Assembly (NCBI GenBank): GCA_030390025.1
Contig: CM059425.1
Coordinates: 172,610,001-172,674,000 of the forward strand
Direction of reading: 5' to 3'
DNA from: Squalus acanthias
Lineage: Eukaryota
DNA length: 64,000 bases
Shown: piece by piece, positions 39,945 to 51,469 of the stretch
Layout of the letters: each line of letters opens with the position of its first letter
Numbering within the stretch: position 1 is the first letter of the stretch
The notes under the pieces: model-generated
Told to the model about the DNA's origin: nothing
The model's input: the letters and a program-made list of their open reading frames with translations, nothing else
The model's database searches: none
Position numbers and translations under genes: made by a program

Positions 39945-40170
39945 TTTGATTCTATGACAAATGCAGATGTGCACTGTAAACTGGTTTATATTGTAGAAGA
40001 CACTGGTTTCCCCCTGGAAAGAGCCAGTTGCAAAAAAGTTAACGGCCATTGTCAGTTTTTCTGCCGTGGTCAGTGTGGCCCTTGCAACTGAAGTAGCCTT
40101 GAGGTCTGCCTGGAGCATAAGGTGCAGTTCCATGAGGCCTTCTCTGCTGAACTGGTGCCTCCTTCTGTGC
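39945..40170 (-). mobile_element. Harbinger transposase N-terminal (HTH) remnant
   Basis: LTTAEKLTMAVNFFATGSFQ. Confidence 0.75.
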
Positions 40171-40834
40171 AACCCTTAAAAGATGCTGTTGAAAGGGACA
40201 TGTGATCAATCTCATGTGCAGGCAGTGAAGACTGTTTCCATTTATTTCGAGAAGATGGTGAATAAGATGGAGTCCACTACCCACATCTGCAACACCATAG
40301 AGGCATTTTGCATGGCTATGCAGTTGACCCTCCTGGATCATGGAAGTCCAGGAGAGATCTGTGCAGAAAGGTGTCAGGAGGATGATCTAAGAACAGTTGT
40401 GGCTTTCAAAATAATAGCTACGACTGCTTCCATAGATGCCTTGTGAGTCAGCCTTAACATCATTTTCCAGGACTTAATTGATCTATTTGATCTCTCCTGT
40501 TAACCATTAGTTTGAACTGAGCCTGTGCCCAGTCAGCGATTGAAAGGAATGGAAACAGATGTCACTATCTCTCAGGATAGTGACAATGAGGATCCATTCT
40601 TCTTGCTCCTCTAATGCCAGCACAAGAGAACTTTAGATCTGGAGCGGCAGGGGCTAGCACCCATTTCCATCACACCACTGAGATAAATGTCACCTCAGTC
40701 CTCAAAAGGATCCAGTAGAAAGGTAGCAGTAGACAGGGTTGTTAGAAGTAAAGATAAAAATAACGTGCATTCAAATAGCACCTTTCATGACGTCCCAAAG
40801 TGTTTTACAATCAATGAATTACTTTTGAAATTAA

Positions 40835-42566
40835 GGCCAGAATTTTCCAGGGAGGTAGCGGATGCGATCGTTGGTGGGTCAGGTGGGAAAGTTGTTATTT
40901 TTGGCAGCGGGTCGGGAACCCGCTGTCATCTCACTCCCAGGTGCCTTTCCCCCAGGCGCATCTGTCATCGCGTAGCCGACCCGACCGGCAGGCGACCCAA
41001 TTGAAATAATTATTAGGTCGTTTACAGGCACTTAAGAGCCTTTTTCCACTTACTTTTTAAATTTCCCTGCATGGCCACGGGATTCACGCAGCTCGGGAAC
41101 CACGTCAGTCAACCTGAGGCGAGAGTTCCGTGGCCATTGCTCCAGCTGATTACTTGACAGCATCAAATGTACAGTAAAAACTCCGACCTCACAGCTGATC
41201 ACTTTCCTCAGGCAGAAGCTGTTGCTCAGTCCATTTCCAGCACAGATTCTACAGGCTGCAAGTGTTTCCAGCAAAGTCTCCATCCAGCGTCACCTCATTG
41301 GAAGAACTCTCTCACCATTGACAGAATGCTTTTGTCATCTGTACGTCACCTACCACCTATTCCATCAACATGGGTGCCGTTTATACTGTTTCACCTTGGT
41401 CCTCAGAATTGGACCACGATGAGCCCCAACACCAGCAGCACCAGGCACACCATCAGCACCAACCTTCGCCGCAATCACCTGATGCTGCACAGGACAGAGG
41501 GCATCAGTGCCCGGGAGGCCGGGAATGGCCTCAGCATGGCCAGATTTAGTTAACTTTATGCTGTGCACCTATATGACTGCTACATGATGCGCCAGGTTGG
41601 CACCACCCCACACCAACACCATAAAGCATCCCTGCAATGACCAAGCCATTCCTTTCACACTCATCACCACCATTGTGGGAGGTACCATTATGTCTCACCA
41701 TTCATTGCAACTCACTAAGCCACTTCTAAAGGTGCACAAAATCTCCAAGACTGGAAAGTGTTGAAAATAAAGATTTTTATGTTTGACACCACATTATCAG
41801 AAACTTTACATAAACATTGGATAAAACATCCAAGTGGCTACCCTTGTGTGTTGTTAGTTGGTATGATTGCACTAGGATGAGGGGTGAGGGGTGGCTAGTG
41901 AAATGGGGATGTGATAATGTAGATAGAGGGGGATGGGTGGAGGTGCAAGGTAAGTTGGTGTGAGTAAGGATGTGCAGGAGTAGGGTAGGGAAGGCAGAGT
42001 GATGGGGATGTGGTGAGAGGCACAGCAGGATGAAGGGGAGTGTGGCTTTGTACTAACGTTTCCTGATCTAATGAGATCATTGAAACGTTTGCAGCACTGC
42101 ACCCAGGTCCTCCTGACCACATCCCTGCTTGTGCCCTTCTCTGCAATCTGCAACTAGGCTGTCTTAGTCTCCTGGAGAGGTCTCTTCTGCCCATCGGAAG
42201 GGAAGAGGACCTCCCTGCAAGCTCTAACTCCCTCCATATGGAGGGAGTCATCGGATAACCTGGGTGCAGCCCATTGCCTCTGTGCAGTCGTTGTCAGTGT
42301 TTGCAGCACTCCAATGCTGTAGTGCACTGACAGCACTATGCTAGATTAAACTTCAAATGTAATGTGGCCATGGTCCTTCTAAAGATCCCGGCTGAAAACG
42401 TGTCATGAATGACATCACCAGACCTGCTCCATCTCATTGGGCCGGGTAACGTGCTGGGGGAGCTTAATAGGCTCCATTAAGGCAAGTTCATTTTCAACAG
42501 CGGGATGGAGCCAGCAGTGGGGTTGCGACCCGCACCGGACCCGCCCAGGTAGGCAAAATTCCAGCC
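40835..42566 (-). mobile_element. Harbinger-type TIR element with decayed Myb/SANT-like ORF, inserted in a Deu-SINE
   Basis: TIRs GGCCAGAATTTTCC / GGCAAAATTCCAGCC; AAPRLSDDSL..EVLFP..RRTWVQCCKRFNDL (~42050-42280); SINE halves at ~40760-40830 and 42567-42745. Confidence 0.82.
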
Positions 42567-43089
42567 ATAGTCACTGTTGTAGGGTAGGAAATATGAAAGC
42601 CAATTTGCATGCAGCAAGTTTCCATAAACAGCAATGAAATAAATGACCATATCATCTGTTTTAGGTGTTGGTTGAGGGATAAATGTTGTTCAAGAACTGG
42701 AAGAACTTCCCTACTCTTCTTTGAAAGTGCCATGAGATCTTTTGAGAGGTAACGGTGCAGGAGCGGGAAGAGAAGCCATTGCAGGTGATTCTCTACCTAT
42801 GTCTGGATAGAGAAGAATGGAACCAGCCTTGTAGTTGGAGTGGTTATGATGGCTCTAGTAAAATGGACATTTTTTTGTAACAGTAAGTATGATTTATTTT
42901 TGTGTAGTTGTACACAGATTTGAGTTCTGAGTGTTAAAGGGTGAGATTGGGAATTTTCCACTGATAGGACAAGGTTCACAAGCCTTGGGGAATGGTGTTA
43001 ATATTGAGGCAATGTAGGGAGGGGTTCATCCAGGGGAAAACATTTATACATGTTTCTTTACTGAAAGCTGTTGTTTATTATATGTTGCT

Positions 43090-43670
43090 CCTCTCTTAAG
43101 CTGCAGGCAAAGTGCTATCTTGAGCCACTTTTTGCTGCGTAACCTTCTCATGATCTGATGATGGAGGACCAGTTCCTTCTTCCTTTTCTTCAATCTCATT
43201 TATTTCTGGAAGTAGTAAGCCTTTGTGAATTGCAGTTATACAACATGCAGCAATAATTCCTGAGACCCTTGCAAGGCTGTATTGCAGGGCACCACCAGAT
43301 TCGTCAAGGCACATGAAACAAGATTTCCAATGGCCTCATTATATCGGTTATTCCCTGGAGTGCAGATAGATGCCTTAGGGAAGTCATCAGCCATGACTAT
43401 AGGGGATATCCCTAATCGCCAATCAAACACCTTGAGATATTGCTTTGGCTCATTGGTAAAGTATGTAAGAGTCAAAACAGCTATCTGGGCAGCACTTACT
43501 GTACTTAATATGATGTGACTAGCATCACACACTAGCTTCGCATTAATGAAATCGATTAATGAAATGGAGAGGGTTGTCAAAGGTACTGTTACAAGTTTTG
43601 GGTCTGCTTTACACATTCTCTTAGGTACAGTGGTGCTGGTCACTCCCAGAACAGTCCAAGCATCTTAATG
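43090..43670 (-). mobile_element. Harbinger transposase C-terminal remnant
   Basis: CLDESGGALQYSLARVSGIIAACC, NRYNEA, acidic tail. Confidence 0.78.
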
Positions 43671-45029
43671 TCCAATATCTAATTATATAATAGTTTAGCT
43701 CAGGGTGTTACAATTTATGTTCTGAACTGGATATTTGTCTTTCACACGTGCTTCTCCAATCTTTTTGATAGAGGACTGAAAAACATTTGGTAAGGTGAAG
43801 TTAGATTGATTGAGCTGCTTTATTTCAGATAGCAAGTGAACATGCAGAGTAACATCAAGGCAACTTATTTAATTAAATCTTACTTCTCTCCTTGAATGAG
43901 GAGAAGAAAAAGTTTCCCTGTCTTACTTGTTTTTGGCATTAGAAAATGAACTGCAAAAACTGATCACCTGCATTTTAGCTACCACGTGCGAACTCCTCGC
44001 AATCTCTTGTTTAAAACCTGACTACCCCTTTTGTCCTTTTCTCGGTGGTCCCAGGCAGTTGAAGGTCTATTACACTGACTTCATGCCCAGTGTTTTGCCA
44101 GTAGGCCTGTAAATAAAACTGGCTACCTCTCCTCCCCCGGGGGTGTGGGTTTAAGGAAAACATCTGCTGTTCTCAAAATGAATATGGGGAATTCTGGCTA
44201 ATGGGCCCCCGAGATATGAGAATTGACCCACGTTGTAACAGTTTGAAATAGACGGTGAGCTATGACATGACACACATTGGCCAGTCTAGTTTTAATATCC
44301 ATATTCAATGCCTGTAGCTTTTTAAAGAAAAATCGTGCATTCACTGTTTCAAAACATAATTGAATCCCAAAATCCTTTTAGATTTTCTAAAATCTCACTG
44401 TGACAGGCTTGTTTTCTTCATCCTCTCGCCTCTTCCTTATCCTTGTTATCCAACTCTTTGAAACAAAGAAATAGAAGTATTTCTAAAAGTTATTTTTTTT
44501 TGCTCTCACTAACAGAACTTTTGGTGACATTACAGTTAATAAAGTAAAAAAAACCTGTCTGAGAGTACTATAAATGAAAAGAGAGTCCAACAACTATGGC
44601 CTCCTCTCAGCCGTATCACCTCTGGGATATCATTCTCCTCTTATCTCCATTTGTATAGTGCCATTGTTTCCAGAGGACAGTGTAGAGGTGGAAACTGCTC
44701 AAAAGAAAAATAAGCTCAGGCCATCCCAAAGTGCTCCACAGCCGATGAATTACATTTGAAGTGTAGTCATTGTTGTAATGTAGGACAGAGAAATGGCAGA
44801 CATTCGAAGATCACACCCACCTGCTGCTATTTACATGTGGCACGGTGACTTCAAAATGGGTGGCTTATTTAACTAGTGGGTTCCAAGGAGGAAAGTAAAG
44901 GTGGCCAATTTTGGCAGATGTGTTGTGGTGTAATGCCTCATCACCCAAATTTCCTGCCACAAAACTGCCCCAAAACAGGTAGTTTTTAAATAAGTCCAGG
45001 TCGCAAAGTTCTGCAAGTTCTTAAAGAAA

Positions 45030-45452
45030 TAAAGACTTGTATTTATATAGTGCCTTTCACAGCCTCAGAACGTCTTACAGCCAATGAAGCACTTTTGAAG
45101 TGTAGTCACTGTTGTAATGTAGTCACTGTTGTAATGTAGGAAACGCAACAGCCAATTTGCACACAGCAAGGTCCCACAAACAGCAATGTGATAATGACCA
45201 GATAATCTGTTTTTAGGTGATGTTGATTGAGGGATACATATTGGCCAGGACACCTGGGATAGCTCCCCTGCTCTTCTTTGAAATAGTGCCACGAGGTTTT
45301 TTAAATCCATCTGAAAGAGCAGACGGGGCCTCAGTTTAAAGTCTCATTTGAGAGACAACACCTCCAACAGTGCAGCACTCAGTACTGGCCTGAGTGTCAG
45401 ACGAGATTTTTGTGCTCAAGTCTCTGGAGAGAGACCTGAACCCACAACCTTC
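45030..45452 (-). mobile_element. Full-length Deu-SINE
   Basis: Colinear with 21432-21856; internal 17-bp duplication TAGTCACTGTTGTAATG. Confidence 0.85.
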
Positions 45453-45602
45453 TTGGTAGGCATAATCTGATTGCTGCCATTGTACGTGATTGGGAACCCA
45501 GACAGGTACTCCAAATGGATATCAATGGAGAAATGGTTATGTCTTAGTAAGTCAGTTACTGATGTCGCCTGGTGCTTTTTATATACTAGATATACATTGT
45601 AT

Positions 45603-46935
45603 ATTTGATGCAGAAAAGTGCAAAGTGATACATTTTGGTAGGAAGATCAAGGAGAGGCAATATAAACTAAAGGGTACATAGAAACATAGAAGATAGGAGC
45701 AGGAGTAGGCCATTCGGCCCCTCGAGCCTGTTCCGCCATTTAATGAGATCATGGCTGATCATCCAAATTCAGTACCCTGTTCCTGCTTTCTCCCCATATC
45801 CCTTGATCCCTTTAGCCTTAAGAAATATATCTAACTCCTTCTTGAATATATTTAATGAATTGGCCTCTACTGCCTTCTGTGGTAGAGAATTCCACAGGTT
45901 CACCATTCTCTGGGTGAAGAAATTCCTCCTCATTTCAGTCCTAAATGGCTTACCCCTTATCCTTAGACTGTGACCCCTTGGTCTGGACTCCCCTGCCATC
46001 GGGAACATCCTTCCTGCATCTAGTCTGTCTAGTCCTGTTAGAATTTTTAAAGTTTCAATGAGATCCCCTCTCATTCTTCTAAACTCTAGCGAATATAAGC
46101 CAATCGACCCAATCTCTCCTCATACGTCATTCCTGCCATCCCAGGTATCAGTCTGGTGAATCTTCGCTGCACTCCCTCCATGGCAAGAACATCCTTCCTC
46201 AGATAAGGCGACCAAAACTGCACACAATACTCAAGGTGTGGTCTCACCAAGGCCCTGTGCAACTGCAGCAAGACATCCTTGCTCCTGTACTTGAAAGCGG
46301 TTTAAAAAGCATACGGGATCCTGGGCTTCATAAATAGAGGCCTAGAGTACAAAAGCAAGGAAGTTATGAACAACCTTTATAAAACACTGGTCCGGCCTCA
46401 ACTGGAGTATTGTATCCAATTCTGGGCACCGCATTTTAGGAAGGATGTGAAGGCCTTAGAGAGGGTGCAGAAAAGATTTGCAAGAATGGTTCCAGGGATG
46501 AGGGACTTCAGTTACATGGATAGACTGGAGAAGCTGGGGCTGTTCTCCTTAGAGCAGAGAAGGTTGAGAGGAGATTTGATAGAGGAGGTGTTCAAAATCA
46601 TGAGGGGTCCAGACAGAGTAGATAGAGAGAAACTGTTCCCATTGGCGGAAGGGTCAAAAATCAGGAGAGAGATTTAAGGTGATTGGGAAAAGAACCAAAG
46701 GTGACACGAGGGAAAACTTTTTCACGCAGCGAGTGGTTAGGCTCTGGAATGTACTGCCCGAGAGGGTGGTGGAGGCAGATTCAATTGTGGCTTTCAAAAG
46801 GGAATTGGTTAAGTACCTGAAGGAAAACAATTTGCAGGGCTACGGGGAAAGGGCGGGGGAGTGGGACTAGCTGAAGTGCTCTTGCAGAGAGCCGGCATGG
46901 GTCGACAGGCCAAATGGCCTCATTCTATGATTTGT
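45603..46935 (+). mobile_element. CR1 RT C-terminus and tail, interrupted by an antisense CR1
   Basis: AEKCKVIHFG (to 45676); resumes ~46295 with LVRPQLEYC. Confidence 0.85.
45677..46292 (-). mobile_element. Young 5'-truncated CR1
   Basis: ORFs 46086-46271 and 45769-46074; tail (CATAGAAA)2. Confidence 0.9.
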
Positions 46936-49900
46936 TTCCCACTTCAAAGCAGACCATACAGTTTTTGTGCCACCAAGTTTGCCTCAGTACAGTAGTGTAA
47001 TATAAAATTTACACATTTCTTTTTCAGTTTTATGACAATTACCTAATCCTTGATACTTGGGTAGAGAAATGAGGTTGATTATAACAATATTGGAAGGTTA
47101 ATTTACAATAAGCACTATTATTTTCTCCCTTTTCATTTACTATTGTAATACATATAATGAAGTTTAAGTAACTGGTTTAGATTAAATTAACAATGAAAAA
47201 AGCTAAATAAATGTAATTTAGATCAGGTTGTATTCAATAACAAACTATACTTGTCCATGGAAAATGAACCAAGCATTAATAATACCACTCATATGATAAA
47301 CACAAATTTAATTTAAATGGTCATACAATTCGATACTGAAGTGACAGTTTAAACTTATGACATAATCATTAAATAGTAATTGTGTGTATTTTACTGAATT
47401 GTATTGTTGATGCACTTATAATATACTATATGGACATTTCTTTAATGTGTCCAATTATCTGTTATATGTTTCCATGAATGTAAAGTGACATACTGTCATT
47501 TATAAAATGCATGCAATTATTTTGTTATGTAAATGAATCTGAGTATCTTGCACTTAAACAGCAAATAAATTCTACTCCAATCCAACTAAACATAGGGGAA
47601 GAGTTCCAGATTTCCATTACCCTTTGTGTAATTTAATTCCTAAATGGCCTAGGTCTAATTTTAAGATTATGCCCCCTTGTTCGTAATTCCCTCACCAGAG
47701 GAAATAGTTTCTCTGTATCTATCCTGGTGAATCACTATCTCAATTTAAAGAATTAGATGAGAAGATAGGAAAACTGGTTTAAAAACATATGTTGGTTAAA
47801 AATATTAGAGAAAACGCTGCTTACTTATTTCTCATTACAGACAACTTATTGAATGAAATGGGAAAAAAAGTCAAGATGCAAGAAAGCTACCAATTTGCAA
47901 CATAGGCATTTTGTATATATTCTGAAACAGAATTTTGAACAAAGCAACAACAGCTGGATATAGAATTTACAGCAGAGAGAAAGGGAGGAATTATGCATGA
48001 AAACCTGACTGAAGAGATGGTATCAACAATGGAACAATTCAGTCTGTCTTGTTGGAATGCAAAGTATGGTTCTTTCTGGAACACAATACATATTTACAAT
48101 ACAAAGTTTCTTTCAACTTCCTCCTTATCAAAGACTTCACTTAATGCGTTAGGTTTTATCATCATTTTTGTGTGAAGAGAGAAAGCAACAGAGAAAATTA
48201 AGCTACATACTTTTGAGTTAAAGGGGCCATTTCTTGATTGCACAATAAAGACAAATACATGTAAAATGTGGCAGCAATGCTGTGTCCAGTTGAGATAGTT
48301 ATATTGTTTTGGTTGGAGGGGTGGCTGGGGGAAAGAGGGTCCTTTGGGAAAATATTAAGTGGTGTAGAGGTGGTACTGGTCACACAGTATTCAATACCTC
48401 TACTTATTATTTTAGTGAAAACTGTATTTGATCAATTCAATCAGATACATGTTTTTGCCAGCTCACTTCAAGCTGCGAGACTACGTGCCCACCAGCAAGT
48501 TGTGATTAAACCAGAACTTCCTTCAAATAAAAAAATCAGCCCATTTTACATCTCTCATGATTTTTATTTCCATTTAAGTCAATGCTCATGGAGCTCAGAT
48601 GCCTTCACCAGGAGTAAAATCCACTGGAAAATTCCAATGTATATACTTTAATCCTTTTGAAAGCCGTGTCGTCAATCAAGGTGCAACGGTCCCGTGGAAT
48701 GCTAAGCAGACGTTACATATCATGGGTCTTGAACACTTGCTAAAGCACTTCACAATATACAATAAAATTTACATCTCCAGCAAAGCACCCTTCTTGATCA
48801 ACAACCTTGCCTGGTTCCTGCAGACACTGAGGGGTGGAAATTGCATCGCGCCAACCAGTCTGCTGGCATAAACTGAGCGCAGAGGAGGATTCCTGCACCA
48901 GAACAGATAGGCCCAAGGCGGCCCCATTTAAATTAGACTAGTGAGCTGCTGACGCTTGCTGCACATCCCCAGGCAGCTCATTGGGAGAGATGGGGAGGTG
49001 ATCAGGACTGGGGGGGGGGGGGAGAAAGAGAAGGAGTCCAAGCATCTTGTCACCACTCTTGTGGGGAAGTGTGGAAGAGTGGATGGAGAGTTAACAATGA
49101 GATGACTAACCGTGGAGTGAGGGGGAGGGAAGGATGTATGGTTTCAAACAGGTAGTTCAAAGGGGTCGTGACGGGACTGAGGATGTGGTAGTAAGTGGGT
49201 AGTGGGAAGGTGACTCAGATAGGAGATGCATTAGCAGTGAGAGGTTTGGGGGAACGCACAAGTGATGGAGGAGGGGATAGGAATCAAACCACTTAAATCC
49301 ACATTCTTCCCACAATCTCCACCTGAATGCAGTCTACAGTCATTGGTGGCTTCTTTCCCAGTTATATGACCTGAAACAAGACATAGAAACAAAAATAGGA
49401 TGGAAAAGAAAAGCAAAGCAGAAAGAATTAGGGAAAGGGAAGTAGGAAAGAGAGAGGCAGAAGAGGAGCAACGAGAGAAAAAAAGCAACACTACAACATA
49501 GACCATATTCTCAGATTTACCTGGTGCAACTCCATGGAATATTGAATATTAAATAAAAATAAGGATAGAATGCATGATTTCAAAATAGGGACTTAATTAT
49601 GACTGCAAGTGCTAGTCTAATTATCCCCCACCTTCTAACTTTGCCTCATCTGAAGAGCTCAGTCTTGATTTTGTGTGCAATGCTAAAGGATATTGATTAC
49701 ATATCTGTGCACATTAGCCTTATTTCCTATGTCACGATTCTTCAGTCACACTTTATGGAGCATAATGGATCGCCGGAATACAGTGCAGAGAGGAAAATTG
49801 GGCAGGTAGGATCATAAGCTTGTAGGTAGCTATACAATTTATTAAATTAACATGGCATTTATTTCATTGTATTAATGAATGCATAATACTCTTATTAAAA

Positions 49901-50104
49901 ATTGGCATTTTAGTTGAGCTGCACTGAAATTAAAGTAATACATATTTCCACCTGTGTTAAATGATTCTGTTTCTAAACCTTCTCCCATTCAACTAGCATA
50001 CTACCTAAAGAAAAGTACTGCAGATGCTGGAAATCTGAAACAAAAAACAGAAAATGTTGGAAACACTCAGCTGGTCAGGCAGTCTCTGTGGAGAGAACGG
50101 ATAA

Positions 50105-51395
50105 ATGAACATCAACTTGCATTTATAAAGCACTGTTAATGCAGAAAAAACCCATGTTGCTTCATAGAGGCGTATGGAAAAAATTAATGCCAAGCCATAG
50201 GAGGACATATTAGGAGGGATGCCAAAACCTTGGCCAAAGAGTTAGGTTTTAAGGAGCATCTTAAAAAGGAGGTAAGGGAGGTAGAGAGGTTTAGGGAGCG
50301 AATTCCAGAGCTTTAGTCCTCGGCAGCTGAAGGCACGACCACCAATGGTGGAGCGGTTAAAATCGGGGATACACAAGAGGCCAGAATTGGAGGAGCAGAG
50401 CTAATTCGGAAGATTATATGGCTGGATAATAGGGAGCGGATGAGGCCATGAAATAATTTGAAAACAAGGATGAGAATTTTTAAAATTGAGGTGTTGCTCA
50501 ACCGGGAGCCAATGTAGGTCAGCGAGCACAGATGTTTAAGGAGAGTCTTAAAGGAGGGGGAAGTGGAGGGCTTTAGGAAGGAAATTTCAGACTGTGGGGC
50601 CTAGGCAGCTGAAAGCACAATTACCAATGTTGGGGTGAAGGGAGGGGAGAATGCACAAGAGGCCAGAATTAGAGGAATGGAGAGTTTGGGGGCAGGAAAG
50701 CAGGGGAGAGATAGAAGATCTGGAGGAGGTTACAGAGATAGTGGGGGGGGGGGGGGGGGGGGGGGGGAAAGGAGGACAAAAACATGAAAGAATTTAAATT
50801 AAAGGATGAGAATTTTAAATTTGAGGAGCTGGGGGACTGGGAGCCAAAGAAGGTCAGCGAGGACAGGGTGACGGGTGAGTGGGACAGGTACGGGCATCAA
50901 AGTTTTGGATGAGCTAAAGTTTACAGTGGGTGGAGGATGGGAGACTGACCAGTAGAGTATTGGAATAATCGAGTCTGGAAGTGACCAATGCATGGATGAT
51001 GGTTTCAGCTGCAGGGGCGGACGCAGGTGACGTTATGGAGGTGGCTGCAGGCGGTCTTTGCGACAGATAATGTGCGATTGTAAAATTAGCTCAGGGCTGA
51101 ATTGGACAGCAAGGTTGTGAACAGTCTGGTTCATCTGAGACAGTACTCGGGAGGGGGTTGGAATCGATGGCAAATGTATGTAATTTGTGACGAAGGGTGA
51201 AGGCAATTGTTTCAGCCTTGATGTTTAGCTATAGAAAATTGTGGCTTATCCAAAACTGGATGTCGACAAGCAACATAGAGACAATAGAGGGGTTGAAAAG
51301 GGTGATGGGATAGGTTGAATTAGATGTCGTCGGCATATGTCTGCAGATAATGTCACCAGCATGTAGATGAAGAAAAGGGGAGCAAGGATAGACCC
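50105..51395 (-). mobile_element. Several decayed L2 3' fragments
   Basis: Reverse-complement matches to 38700-39640; flanked by Penelope-associated inverted ends at ~50010-50100 and ~51405-51452. Confidence 0.75.
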
Positions 51396-51469
51396 TACAT
51401 CCATACCTGAAACGTTAACTTCTCTATTCTCTCCACCAATACTGCCTGACCTGGAGTGTATAAATAATT

